Below, one piece after another: positions 12,789-26,996 of a stretch of 58,897 bases of DNA (position 1 is the first letter of the stretch; every line of letters begins with the position of its first letter). The DNA comes from Gnetum montanum (taxonomy: Eukaryota > Plantae > Gnetophyta): the NCBI GenBank assembly GCA_015680685.1, contig MNCI01001119.1, positions 1 through 58,897 of the forward strand. The letters run 5' to 3'. The notes below the pieces were generated by a model. The model was not told where the DNA came from, searched no databases, and saw nothing but the letters and a program-made list of their open reading frames with translations. A program made the position numbers and the translations under genes.

Positions 12789-15700
12789 CTAGGTGTAGTA
12801 TGGCTTCAGGTACAAGTGGTTTACAAGGTTGGTAAGCTCATTACCTTCTAGATCAGCAAGCTTGAAGGCTCTATTATCATATTTATTTATGACCAAGAAA
12901 GGCCCTTCTTGGTTGGCTAAGAACTTGTCCAAGGGCTCACGAATGATCTTGAGGACTATGTCCCCCTTCTTGATTAGGTGTTGATGTTTATTGTGATGGT
13001 GTTTTTGCCATTGCTTTTCTTGGTACCACTCGATGCGATCAAGTGTTTGCATGTGCTCCTCCTCTATAGACTCAAGGTCGATGGTTCTCAACTCATTATT
13101 TTGAACCACATCAATGAAGCTTGAAAGGATCATGTGAAGCGATGGGACCTACACTTCAAGAGGCAACATTGCTTTTGATTCATACATAAGACTATACGAC
13201 ATCTTACCTATTATTGTTCTACATGTTGTATGGTAGGCCCATAGCATGTAGACTAGTTTTTCATGCCATCATCACTTACTATTGCTAAGCATCCTCTTCA
13301 AATGTTTGATGATGACCTTGTTCGTAGCCTTTGCTTGACCATTTGCCTATGGGTAGTGCAATGATGAGAAGGAATGTTTAATGCTAAGGTTTTGACAAAA
13401 GGCTTTAGTTTCTGCACTACTAAATTGTGTCCCATTATCTATGACTATCGTTATGGAAAGACCAAATTGGGTCACTATGTTATCTAGGATGAATTTGCAA
13501 ACTTGCTATGATGTTATCTTCCTAAGGGAAATGGCTTCAACATACTTTGTAAAACATTTAGTTGTGGTAATGATGAAGCTATGTCCTATAGAAGACTTAG
13601 GTGTTATAGGCCCTATGATATCCAACCCCCAATGTTGGAATTGCCACGTGATTTGTGTATGATGTAGTTTAGTGGGTGGCACATGCAGTAGGTTATCATG
13701 TCACTGACACATGTCAAATTTCTTGACCTTGGAGACACAATCATGCTCCATGAAAGGCCAATACTAGTCTAGATGTCTAATTTTTGCTACCATTTCCTTG
13801 GGGGCTATATGACCTCCACATAGTCCCTCATGGACTTGGTCAATGATCCTTTATGCTTCACTACCACTAATGCAAGTTAACAGTATTCCATCATAGGATC
13901 TATGACATAAGGTGCTATCACCTACAAGGACATACTACTATGATCACTTTCATATTGCATCTTTTTTGGTGGAGGCTAGATTCTACAGAGGCTCTCCCTA
14001 TTAGAGGTATGCCTTAATATCATCATACCACTCTTGGGTGTGAGCTATGCTTATGGATGTGATGCTTATTGCTTGAGTTATAGGTTTGATGCAATCCACT
14101 ATTGAAGTGGACAAAGCAAAAAACATGTTTGGTGCTATGCTTAAGGTTAAAGTAGCTAATGCATCAGCTATGGCATTTTCGTTACTGGGGATATGTTGAA
14201 CATATACAATTACAAATTGTTTGAGCAAGTATTTTGTCAAATCACAGTAAGGTTGTAGATGTTGTCCCTTGCAAGCATAAACCTCTGTGACTTGGTTAAT
14301 GACTAGGTATGAATCTCCTTAGACTACTATGTTATGGATTCCTAACTCTTGAGTTGCTAAGATATCTCTAAGGAGACCTTCGTACTTTGCCACATTATTT
14401 GTACAAGGAAATGTGAAGGGTCAGATCTCCCTAGAGAGGAACTTGATAATGGTAGTGGCACTACCACCTTGTGTGATTGAAACATCATCAAATTGTAAAA
14501 ATACTTCAATGTTTGTGGGTACTTGGCTTATACTATTGACATGCTCATCCAGAAATTCTAGATCTATTATTGCTTGATTGTCTATGGGTGAAGCCATGAG
14601 TTGTGTGGCTATTGCTTGACCTTTTGTGGATTTTTGTGCTATGTATTGTAGGTTAAACTTCATGGTTATTACCTTCCATCATGCTATTTGACTACTTTCA
14701 TATATGTTCATTGTAATTTCCTGAAGTACATTACTTTTGTAGATGACATTAACTTGACTACAAAATAGGTACTGTCTTCACTTTTTAAATGCAAAGACTA
14801 AGGTGAGATAGTTATTCCTCACACCATTGTATTTTTCCTCATGGACCACTAGTGCATAGCTTAAGTAATAAATAGGCACCTCTAAGCCATTGTCTCACTT
14901 TTGGCAAAGTAGAGAAGCAATGGATGTGTCTAAGGTTGTAAGGTAAATATTGAATGGCTTATCTCCTTGTAGAGGGTAGACTATTAGAAGTCAAGCTAGC
15001 TCCTGTTTTAGGTTTTCAAATGCCTCTTGGCATTAAGCTATCCACTTAAACTAGACCTCCTTTTTGAGCAAATGTTGCATTGGCTGCAACTTGTTAGTCA
15101 ACCTTACGATAACCCTATGTATGTATTGTAATCTACCTTGTAACACATGTAATTCCTTAATGTTTGCTAGTTGTGCTAATTTGGTGATAACCTTATCCTT
15201 GTTGGGGTCTACGCATATACCTACTTCTGATACTACAAAGTCTAACATGTGACTAGTTTTGATGCCAAAGACACACTTTTTTGGATTTAGCCAAAGGTCA
15301 TGTCTAAGGAAACATTTGAGGATGTGATTCAAGTCACCTACGTGGTCATGAGCTAATTTGGACTTAACTACTATATCGTCAACATATTCATTAAGCGCGT
15401 CTAGTAGATAGTGACTAAAGATATACATCATTGTGCATTGGTAGGTTCCTCCTACTTTCTTTAGTCCAAAGGGCATCATTGTATAGCAAAACATCCCCCA
15501 GGGGGTCATGAAAGTAGTGCTAAGTTGGTGCTGTAGGTTGATTTGGATTTGGTTGTACCCTAAGAACTTGTTCATAAAGGACAACAAGGCATGAATAGCC
15601 ATAGTATTGATGAGTTGGTTAATACTAGGCAATAGGAAATCATATTTAATGATTGCCTCGTTTAGGTCCTAGAAGTCTATGCAAATGCATATACTTTTGT

Positions 15701-16272
15701 TTTTCTTAGGAAAAATTACAATGTTTGAGACCTAATTGACGTAGTCAACTATGTAGATAAAACCATCTTTGTAAAGCTTAGTGATTTCATCATAGATAGC
15801 CAACACCACCTCAAGCTTGACTTTATGAGCTTTTTGTTTAACTAACTTTATGCAAGGATCAAGAATAATGTTATGCTATATTATGCGAGGCTCTAAGCCT
15901 GGCATGTCTTTGTAGGACCATGAAAATGCCTTGACATTATCGATAATGACTTTAGAGATACTTTGTTTGATTTAAGGCTCTAACAAGGAACAAATTTTTA
16001 ATGTTTTCACCTCACCTTCACATGTTACTATAGGGACTTCTATGAGGTGATCCTCAGTTATGTCACTTGCTTCTAAGTTTAAAGCTTTGACTAGATGGTC
16101 TGGCTAGTCTAGCAATGTCTCTAGGGATGCTACATTGTTTTCATAAGTGAATGGCTTGAAATCTAGAAGCTCAGTGTTTATGCATCTCGTGGAACCACCA
16201 TAAGGTCGAACAAGACTAAGGGTGAATGAAGACTCTCGTATGCATTTATTTTGCAATCCTACTTAAGAGATC
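12789..16272 (-). pseudogene. pol: Decayed pol of A: RT (TPWGMFCYTMMPFGLK, YVDDIVVKS), RNase H, archaeal-type RNase H (LQFDDVS..QGGSA; QHIPSNENAIADALA), integrase (..EGPFLV..HLYLKPYYT)
   Basis: ORF-track fragments 15051-15632, 14421-14663, 14001-14240, 12789-13133. Confidence 0.9.
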
Positions 16273-16810
16273 CTACAAAACAACTAGAAAAATGTCAAAT
16301 GGCACTTGTCTTAATAAAGAAAAATGCATAAAATAAGGAAGATAATGTCATGAAAATTTAACTAACTATGCAGTATGTAAAGTAATTTTTTGGAGTCTTA
16401 ATTGACCATAAAATTGCCAGTTTAAGGTCATAGCGAACCATAATTTATGTAAGAGACATAGGTTTAAGCAAGTATTAAGAGGTTTGAAATGTGGGGCTAA
16501 GCTATAATGTCCTAGTTTAATTATCATATGCGCATTCCCAAATGATGGGGTTACCTAATGAAGATGGTATCTTTTCATAACAAGTGTTATTGCCATCTTA
16601 ACAAGACCCAAAATGGTAGTTGTGATTAATGCTCGAAAGGGCATGTTGTAGTAATGAACATGTATTTTAAGGTAACCTTTGGGGATTTGATCTAAGGCAT
16701 TTATACCCAGGGTTAGAGGTCATACCAACATGGGAATGGTAGAGTTGGTAAAGGCAAGTCATGGGGTGGCAAAGCTAGTATAGGCAAGCCATAGGAAGCC
16801 AACTGAAGGG

Positions 16811-16818
16811 TATAAATA
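16811..16818 (+). promoter_or_regulatory. Candidate TATA box of the antisense accessory gene in A
   Basis: GGGTATAAATAGGG upstream of a purine-rich leader and a donor-like AG|GTAAGG at ~17088. Confidence 0.45.
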
Positions 16819-17299
16819 GGGGTTTTACCATAGTAAACCTATCATTTTCAATGTTAGAGCCAACTTTCATCCAAGCATATCATGGTCAAGGCAAGGGAGA
16901 CAAACCATAGCAGTGATAGAGGGAAGCTAGAGTGCAACAGGGAGAAAGCCAGAGCATAGCAACCAACCATGATGCACCAAAGCAAACGCAAACATCCCAA
17001 CCTCACCAACATCGATGAAGGAGAGCGTACCCTAAGGTGCCTTCCTAGGATGCATATAGAGGACCATGAAGAGATGCCATTAGCTAGGTAAGGTATTATG
17101 CTCTATCCTTGTGATTTTTTCTCCTTGCTTTTTCTTGTATGTTTCAAGGTTTTTTGGGCTTTAAGGATAGCTTTCTGTGGGTAGGGAACATTGTCGCTGC
17201 CATGTCCAACATGGGCCATGACCAGGGATGGGAGTGCACATAATGCAGTTTTTCTATTTTCTTTGTTTTCACCCTTTTTGAGCATTTGGGTTGAGGGTT

Positions 17300-17880
17300 T
17301 CTGGATGTCTTACACCATGATGCAAGACAGGGTTTTCTGCGCATCTTGTGCCACAGCATGGAATAGGGTTATGCCATCTCACAACATGATGTAGGAAAAG
17401 GGTTTTTGGCATCCCACATCACAATGCAAAACAAGGGTTTTTAGCATCCTGCACTATAGCGCGAAACTAGGTTTGTGACATCCTACATTATGACGCAAAA
17501 TAGGACTAGGCCAAGGCATCTTATGGGTGATGATAGAGTGTAACAATTAGGGTAAGGTGACTATGAGGGTCACATCCATCACACCTAGGTGTCCCTCAAA
17601 GTGTAACAAAATGTTAGAAAAATTATAGTTTCCTAGTACTACACTTCATAGGTGACGTAGTGGACAATTAGAAAAATTTTGAAGTTGTTACGCTCTGTAG
17701 TGAGTGTAATTAACACTTTGAAAACTTTTTGCTAGTTGTTATGCTCTATGGAGTACATAACCAATAGTTAAAAAATTTGAAAAGTTTGGTAGTTGTTACG
17801 CTCTACATGGAGCATAATGAACACATACAAAAATTTTAGAGTTGAGGAGGTTACGCTTTGCAGGGAGCATAATCGGTAGT
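17300..17880 (+). repeat. Diverged short tandem repeats, including a GTTACGCTCT motif array
   Basis: GTTACGCTCT/GTTATGCTCT at 17687, 17738, 17795, 17850; GGTTTT..GCATCC units at 17320-17500. Confidence 0.55.
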
Positions 17881-18279
17881 TTGAAATTTTTTTGATATTT
17901 TTATAATTGTAATTCTTGTAGAAATGTAAGTGTTAGTGTTGTGCCTGATTGGGAACTAGGCACATTAGATGGGTATGCTAATATCCCTTTCTTGTGAGGC
18001 CTGGTGGAAGGCTAATCATGTTAAATATAATTTTTTATGAATTTTTTCATTTCTAACATTTTCCTTTTATTGCTATTGTGGCATTGTAGCGTGTTGCTGA
18101 AACCTATCCTCATCATAGTTGAATTGGTGGGCATTTTTTGTTATATGAGCAATCTTGTATAAAATGTGCTTGCACCAAACACACATGTCGAACAGCAGGT
18201 GGTTTGGTTTAGGTTAGACATACAAGAATTCTTAGAATTTTTACTCTACCACTTCAGTGTGATGATTTGGTTACACTTG

Positions 18280-21200
18280 TTGGCCGAAGTAGTGGACGTC
18301 ATAATAGAGACACTATTACTTGAGGTAAACTGAGCCATTCTAAGGTTCATGTCTAATGAGCCTATTGATGATGAAGGAGTAGGGAGCTTAGGCTACTACC
18401 AGAAAGGCCTTAGGCTTTTATCCAGGATCTAGGGAATGCCTAAGTTTCAATGCTACAACAAAAATAACACTATGTTTATCACTCAACGCACACACACTAT
18501 TTTCCAAAATCCACCTTGGATTGTATATTGTGCTAGAGGGTGAGCTCTGTTGTGATTTCTTATATTACCTATTATTTCATGACCTAGAATGCTAACTACT
18601 CATGTCTATTATTAGGTTTTCTATTGACACAAATGGCCTCCATGATGAAGAGGAAGCATCAAATTTGACCAAAACTAGCCTACAAGAATTCTCATCTACT
18701 AAAAATGTTCATGCTAGAATGATTGGGAAAATTTGGGTAGATTTGGTAGCATACCCTCATAGGTATTCCAAATGTTACGAGAGGTGTCAAGCTCTCGACT
18801 GATTGGACATTGAGTGGGAAACTAGTATACCAAGTGTGAAGGAAGTTTCAATCCCACTACCATCCTCCTATACACCATTTGTGCCACATAAGTCATATCA
18901 CTTGTTTTCATGCAGTTTTTATTTTTTTTGTCATCATGTTACTAATTTTTCCTTTGCTTATTATAGTTGTAGCTAAGTCAAGAGAGTTCATGGTGATTTC
19001 TTTGGGGCATACTGAGGCCACTCTCCTCTTTAAATACGGTGATGTTGAGAGCTCATAACACTAGTTGTGCTATGAGGCCTCAGTGGAAGTAGCAAAGAAT
19101 CTTTAGCAGGATAGCCTCATGGATCTCTTCTTAGCCATCAACCCAAACATCCCAGTGCCCAATATGATTGCCCTAATTAACTCCTTCATCGAGAGTATCG
19201 ATCACTTTTGCACATGGGTCTGTAATGTTTAGGTGATCTTTAAGATCATAGATGAACTCTTTATGAATATTTTCAGCATCCCCTCTAAACATTTACTAGT
19301 GGTAGAAAATATCAACAAGGACCTAGACCATAGAGGAGATGTTGAGAAATGGTTGGGTACTCAAAAGAGGCATAAAGGTATATCCATGAAGGTGGTGCAA
19401 GTACCCATGATCCACCAGCTCTACCTAGTCTTTCGAGCTTGTGCATTCTCCAAGCTACTTTTCCAAGGAAAGATCCTTGGGGTTGAGCAAGCTTGGGTCA
19501 TGAAAGACATGATAGAGGAGGAGACACAGTACAACGGGGCAAACTACCTCATCAATGGCCTATAGGCTGAAATCATTAATCTATGTACCAACCTCCAAGC
19601 ATGATCACACCTACATTTTTCTTTCTTCATAGCATGCTTATGAAGGTTTGTGGAACTTTTGATGATCCATGAGAATGATCAATGAATGGTGCAAGATTGC
19701 ACTGAGATCTCCAAGCCATGGATCTACCACCTATTCTACACCACGTAGTCATAGGACCCCCCGAAGGCAATTGGCAAGTCATTCTCAATGATGACTAAAG
19801 GACATGTGGGGCAATCCTACCACACATGTGATAGTGTTAGGGAGGCTACACCAACCAATAGTGGCAATACAACAAGATGGGCATGACTCATTGCTGAGAT
19901 GATGAGGTTGTTGAGAATAAAGATTAAGTAGACTTACCCCACGAAGGAGCCCATGCATGTAGTGGAGGAGGGGGACAAGAAGCTACAATTCAAGCTCCAC
20001 AACATGTGCTCAAAAATAGTTAGTAAGTATGCATTATTTAATGTTTCTATAAAGTGTCATACTATCTTATATTCATTATTAGACATTCTAAATAGAACGT
20101 GTGTAACATAGGCAAGAGGGCCCCTATAGTGGTAGAGGAGCTTGTAGAGGATGACGTTCATCAACCCAAGGGACACATGGTAGATGAAGACAAACAAGAA
20201 GCCGTCAAAGTGTTAAGGAAACTTGAGGAAGAAGGGTTGTAGTTTGAAGATGGTAAGCTTAAGAATTTCTTTGATGGAGTGTAGATGGGAAATCCCCCTA
20301 CTCTCACACCTAAGGGCTTGTTGGGTAGGAGATCTACACCACCATCTTCATTTTTTTTTATGTTTTTGGTGGTTTTGTTCTATTATTGGTTGTTGATTAC
20401 TTGATGATCATAAAGTGTATTATGTTGCAATGGCTGATGCTTCTACTAATAATTTGACATCAACCTCCACCTTTCGTACATAACTGTACATGAAAACTCT
20501 ACATAAGTTTTCCTTCATGCAAAGTGTGGTAGATGGTATGATAGACTGCCTCAAACAGATAGACCTTGAGATTGGTATATTTATTTTACTATTATTATAT
20601 TTTTCTTGTTTTATTACTAATTTTTTGTTTGTTTTGTAACTAATGTTATTTCGCCTATTATGGAATAATAGGCTTGTAGCTCAAAGGGACCCGAATAGAG
20701 TAGTCCAAGTCAATGTCCTACTTGAGTTCCCCTCGAAGTGGAGCAAGTGCCTCATCACATATATAATGAGGCAAGCAGGTGTGTACTATATTCTACATGA
20801 GCATTGTGGGAGTGTAGGCAAGTAAAAAATCACTTGTAGAGATAGGTACAAGAGCTTCAAGAAAAGGGGCTGAACTAGGAGATAAGACTAGAAGACCTAC
20901 AATCCTACTAGGACTTCCTAATGGCACACGATAAGCCAAATGGTAGTTAATGCACAACTAAAATCAATTATGCCATGTACTAGTTAGCTATTCATGGAAA
21001 AAATGAGGTCATCCATGAGGTTATTGAACAATGGCTATAGATGGATCTCTTGGTGAGAAAAAATCAAGATTGAAAGGACTACTATAGTACAAAGGTGTAT
21101 CAATGGGGAAAAACACAAAAGAATCACAAACATCACTACAACCTAGAGCACGAAGTGTACCACATGAAGTATAGAGATGATTTTGTGCAGCAAAAATGCT

Positions 21201-21690
21201 AAGAGATATTCCTTGATGCAATCAGTGCAAAATAGGCTTACAAACTATTCACAAGCAATGTAGTGTTGAGTGAGTCCCCAGAAAGATAGATCACTATACC
21301 TTTTGAGGAGGTAACTTCTACAATGTTTTCACCAAGGTCATCAACATGGATGACCATAGGAAAAGGAAAGACCCACATGGTCATTGACCTGGGTAAGGAA
21401 GACTGGACATGTATGTTGCAGCATGAAATCCTCTGATGCTTAGAGGTTGGCCTTGACAACATGCCCCTAGACATGGATGTGGGTCCTTCTTAGGTTGGTT
21501 TAGCTTACTTTATTATTTCTTTACTTTATTATAATTTTTCATGTCGCCTTGTTTATTGACTAATTTATTATTTTATTTCCATTTGACATAGGTTCTAGGT
21601 GAGGGTATGAGACCAAGTGGAGTAGCATATGAAGAGAAAGAGGAAGATCCCTAGTCCCTATTGCACACTACAGGCTGAGATGCTTAAAAT
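18280..21690 (+). pseudogene. Decayed multi-exon antisense accessory gene inside A (PMD/DUF1985-like central domain, tentative)
   Basis: Exons homologous to 54765-58239 (FRACAFSK..LGVEQA..YNGA), separated by AT-rich introns ~18540-18615, ~18887-18966, 20023-20111, ~20330-20430, 20575-20671, 21494-21591. Confidence 0.75.
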
Positions 21691-22164
21691 GTAGCCCTAA
21701 TATTAGGTAATTTTGTACTTTTTTTTGATGTTTCATGTTGTGGATGTAATCTTGAACTATGTATCTTATTGATGATTTAATAAAAATATGATAATTATTT
21801 AATTTTCATTTTGTTATGTTTTATGTAATATTGTGATAATTTAAGTTATGATTTGGTTGATGCAATAAGGCCCCTTGTGGGCCCCATGCTAGTTTAAGGC
21901 CATTTTGGGCCATCTCTTAAAAGGAAGGTGGTTGCCAGTTTTAGGCCTTGGCGGGCCATGTGATAGTTTAAGGCTTTTTCAAGTTACATGGTAGTTTAAG
22001 GTCTTTTTGGGCCTTATTTTTTTATTTTTGTTCTTTTATTTTTATTTTTATTTTTGAACAAAGAAAGCTAAATGAAATCATAACTAATGCAAGATGTAAA
22101 CAATAACACAAATCGTAACTATATAGACAAAGGGAAAAAAGGCAAGTTAAACATGGAAGTGAAC

Positions 22165-24988
22165 TAAGGGCATGCCCTAGTCATGTAGGTGCTTTCTAAC
22201 ACAATGTGGGTTAAGTGGTGCATAAGGCCTAGGAGGCATAAGATGGTATTCCCCTAGACCTTCATCTACCGCAAAGAAGGGTAATTCTACCCATAGAGCT
22301 TCCTCATGGAGGTCACTTTCCTTACTTGGTTATTTAACATCGGTCAAATAACATTGACCGTCATTACAAATGGGTGGTGTATCTTTAGAGAACTCTACAT
22401 CTAACCCTTGTTTAGTATCTACATTGTTAATGGTCAAAGGGACTACATTGTCACCATAGATCACAACCTCCCCACCCTCATAGGGTAAGTGGATCTCTTG
22501 GTGGATAGGTGAAGAAATGGCCCATAGTTAGGCTAACCAGGACCTCCTAAGATTAGGTTGAATTTAGGCATTTCTTCAAGCACAATGAAATTAGCATTTG
22601 TATGGAATTGCTTCCCTGCGACAAAATTTATCATGACTATCCCTTTTACAATAACACATGCTCCATTGAAGGACTTCAAACATTTCATTATTGTTGGAAT
22701 ACTCTAATCAACCAAGCCAGGCTTATCAATGATGGGGAATGGGATAACATTGGTTGCTACCCTATCGTCAATGTGCACCCTGCAAATTTTGTATTAACCT
22801 ACATGAATCATTATGAACATGGGTGTAGTGATTACCTGATCCTTTTTAGGGTCAACTTTGACTGCCTCATCACAAAATGTCAAGGGTTTTGACCTTGACT
22901 CTCTAGTTGTGGGTGGGAACATTATGGCATGGATGGAATTTTAATTTGCTAGCATCTCTTCTTTAATAGGAATAGATTCCAACATGCGAACCAAGGCCTT
23001 GTGGTAAGCAAGAGAGGTCATGAGCAAGTCATATAGGCTTAAAGTTGTATTTTTCTATTTTAGAAACTACTTAGCTTATGCTAGCACATCTAAAAATTCT
23101 TTTCCACCATCTATTATTTTGGTGATTTTTACTTCCTCCATGTGTCCTAGGAGGAAAATTTCCCAAGGAGGAGATTTGGCTTTTGGTTATGCCATGGGCC
23201 TTCGAGCCTTGGTGCTTGTCTATTGATTGCTCATGTTTGCATTGGTGGTTTGGGACAATGAGGCCATGGCGACAGCTGATAAGGAAGTGGGCTTAGGAGG
23301 ACCTAGCTCTATGCACTCCTTAGTCATCTTGTTGGCAAGACACTCATCATGTCTCTTTGGGTAGGTAGGTCGTGATGCAATTTCCATCACTGACCTCTAG
23401 GTAGATTGGGGGTCAACATCTTTTGGCAACCTCATGACAAAAGGTGTTTGGGTTGCCATTGTTGTAATGTGCTATGTGGCCCTAACCACAAAGGGCATCA
23501 TTGGTGCCTAAGGTGGCACTTTGATGAAAAATGGTGTCTATGGTCTAGTTGATGTTAAGGCTCCAGTGTCATCAAAGGGAACACAAAGCACAAATGGTTC
23601 ATGGGTTGGTTCTACATCGTCATCAATGCTAATAGCATTGATAATGTAACCTACATCATTGGCATTGAGTGGGTCCTTATAGACCTTCATGGATTGGTTC
23701 TCTGGTCAGATAGGATTGCTTTCATTAAGGACCAATTTTTCATAATTAGTCATGTGTTGAATGTCATCTTTCAACACTAGGAAATAGTATGTGTCATGGC
23801 CATGCAACTAATGATGGTTGCAGAACTAATCCAATCTAAAATTCTTAGGGACTGGGGGCTCATTTGGCATAGTCATTTAAGGATTTCTTAGGACCTCATA
23901 GTACCTCTCATGGTGTATCCATGCATCCTCTGACATTTGTTTGTGTTGAATGTGCCCAGTACTAAGTAGCTAATCTAAGAGCTCTAATAGCTTGATTGAC
24001 AAGGGGCTATACTTTGAGCAATCCTTGTGCTCAAAGTTTGGCCTTTGGAAAGCTCACCCTATGGCTGCCAATGATGTGGATTGGCTAGTTCATGTAGTGC
24101 TAGAGCCCAATGCCTTGTTGTTGGTTGGGAATTTAAGCATCTTAGCTACTGGCTTGTTATTGTAGGGTTTAGCTTCATTAGCCATAGCTGCAATGGTTGT
24201 TGTGGCCTTTCCCTTTTCTTTATCTTTTTTCACATGCACATTTTTGTAGGCCACAAAGGCTGGGTCCCTATTGGCTTCCACTGCATCTTGTATGCTCTTT
24301 GTCTAAGCAAAAACTTGGCTAAGAGAGCATAGGACTAAGTAGTATAGCTTCAATTTGATAAAATCATTTACTGTGCCCTTGAAGATAGCCAGCAGGTGGG
24401 TTTTAGATATCGGCTCATGGATTTTGTTGAGGGAGGCACTCCAACGTTGTATAAACTTTTGCACTAACTTTAACATCCCTTGTTTAACATTCATCAGTTG
24501 ATCTAGCATGGCCTCAAGCTTCAAGTTATACTTGAAGTGAGTCACAAACTAGCTTAGCAGCTCCTCTAAAGTTGAAAGGAAAGCTCTAGGAAGTACACGA
24601 TACCAATTGAGAGCTTTGCGAGTCAAGGACATGGAAAAGATGCAAATGATTGCATGTGGCCATGCGTGCAAAAGTAAGCACTTAAAATGGAATGTTACTA
24701 AGTGAGTGTTGGAATCCCCTTCACCATTGTATTTTATGAATTGGGGCAATTAAACCCCAAGAAGCAGTGTTAGCTTCTAGACTGTAAGGCTGATGGAATC
24801 ATCATGATAGAAGTCCATCATGTGGACTATTTCTAATTTGGCCACTTTAAACCATCTAACTTCCTCCGTGAGAGTTTGGATGAGTTGGAATGCTTGATCC
24901 AAACTCAAAGATGCTACAGAGGGTTGCATTGGGTATGTTGCTGGTGGTTCCATCAAATATTCCACAACCCTGTTGTGGGCTATGCCAC
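22165..24988 (-). pseudogene. gag: Decayed gag-protease of A (C-terminal part)
   Basis: PQFIKYNGEGDSNTHL, SLTRKALNWY, VKQGMLKLVQKFIQRW, CxxHxxxGH motif ~23790-23825, protease region ~22440-22760. Confidence 0.85.
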
Positions 24989-26648
24989 TAAAACACCACC
25001 AATTTTGGCCTAATACTATGAAACAAGAACTACTTAGTCTCTTTTTAGCTTTTGAGAGGCAAAAATTTGACTAAGGCATGGAAGTCACGCTGGGCTTGTC
25101 AAGCTGAGCTTGCCCCCAGCGTGAGCAACTACAACGACTTTAAGATCAAGTGAAAAATGATCCAATATGAGGGTGCAAGTCATCTTCATAGGGCCATTGT
25201 TATCCACTTCAAGTTTTAGGATTTGAGAGTTCAAATTTTGGGCTAGATTGTACAAATTTTCTTGGTCACACTAAGGTCACGCTGGTAGCGTGAGTCCAGC
25301 ATGAGCAACTACAAGGACCTCGAAATCGAGTCAAAATGATTTGAATTCAAAGGTGCAACTCATCCTCAAGGTTCGTTGATGACTAGTTGAAGTCCCAGCC
25401 TCCATAATTCTAGACTTTAGGTCCAAAATTACTAATCTTTTATAGGACACATTGTGGTCACACTGAGCTCATGTTGGCAGCGTGAGTCCAATGTGAGCTA
25501 CCAAAAGTAGTTCAAAACAAGGCATATCCAAACTCAGTTTTCGACTTGCAGATCACTCGTAGGGTCAAACATAGTTAGGAAATTTTTGTACTCAAGAAAT
25601 AGGCTTCAAAAATTAAAAATTGGTATGAAATGTATCATTTTCAGCTCACTCACATTGAGGTCATGCTAGCAGCATGAGTACAGTGTGAGTATTGATCATG
25701 TCCAGTCAAAAGCACACCAAAAACATGTTGAGGACATGCCACGATAAAATAAACTCATGCTGGAAGCTTTGGTGAAATAGAGATGACTCAAACTGCCACA
25801 AAACCACTTGCATCGACACCCTACAGTAGTCAATTCAGGGATCGAGAAGTTCCAAGTGAGCTGGAGTCAATTTCTCTTGTTGTACACTATCATTTCATTG
25901 TAAATTTTCATCATTTGTGAGCTTGTCAAGCTCTTACGCTTAAAATTGTATCTGCTTCTATGCATGTAAGCTAGCTTGTGTAAGCCAATACATGATGTAA
26001 GATACAGTGCATCAGGTCAAGAACGTAGCTTGCCTACGCATGCCCATCAAACACTTGTCACATAATCCGTCTTCCTCTCATCTCTCAGCCATCAATCTCA
26101 TCCATGAATTCCGCACCTGAATCTAGAAAAACCTTATAAATACCCTATCCATTCACATAAATAGGGTTGGCAATTTTAAAGGTTGATAGCTTTGGGAACA
26201 TTGACTAGCAACTTTGGGCACTTGGGCACATGTGACTCATAGCATCTTAGCACCTGAAACACATCACTCTGGGGCTTAGCTCTTGACTTGCCATCTACAC
26301 CCATAACTACACTTTGACTGGTGCACATCCTTGTTAAGTAATATAATATAGTTCATTATTTCCTTCCATTACATTATTTTCTTTGTTCTAATTCATTTTA
26401 TGCTTCTTCATATGCTTCGTTTACATTTCGTACGTTACTAGTTACGACAACCCCAACGCAAGCCATAGCTTATGCTCGAGGAAGTCCTTGGTTGATTTGC
26501 ATGCAAACCATCCAAGCTACTCTTCCTTCATTTCTTTCTTTTCCAACTTGCCCTCACACAAAGGTAGGATCGGCTGTGTCTCGCCAACAATCTTTCGGCA
26601 TTTGGTTTTTTCCCTTCCAACCTTACGTCGATGATTTCGGTCAGCACA
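24989..26648 (+). repeat. 5' LTR of B
   Basis: Colinear with 33460-35151; TATAAATA at 26135; ends ...CAGCACA. Confidence 0.9.
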
Positions 26649-26654
26649 GTAAAG

Positions 26655-26672
26655 TGGCACTAGAAGGAGGGC
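26655..26672 (+). promoter_or_regulatory. Primer-binding site complementary to tRNA-Asn
   Basis: TGGCACTAGAAGGAGGGC vs TGGCGCTAGAAGGAGGGC (reverse complement of the plant tRNA-Asn 3' end). Confidence 0.8.
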
Positions 26673-26996
26673 CTATATTATTTACCATCTCATCAAAATG
26701 TTGATTTCTCTACCCTTTAAAAGTTGTGTAGACTAAGTGTTGAACTCACGCTGAGCTTGCTCAAGCCCACCCTAGTCTGCACATACTAAATTAATCAAGC
26801 GTACAACCCTGGAAAACTCTTACGTTACGGCCAGCACTTTAAACTCTACAATTGCATCATTAGAACCCAAACAACGTACACATGCTACTCAAACAAGATA
26901 CTTCATAGGTAGCCAGCTAAGTAATGTTTCCATCACCACCATTTAGCAATCATAGTGAGCTCCTCTGAATACTTGCAACCTACATCTTTCCTAGTA

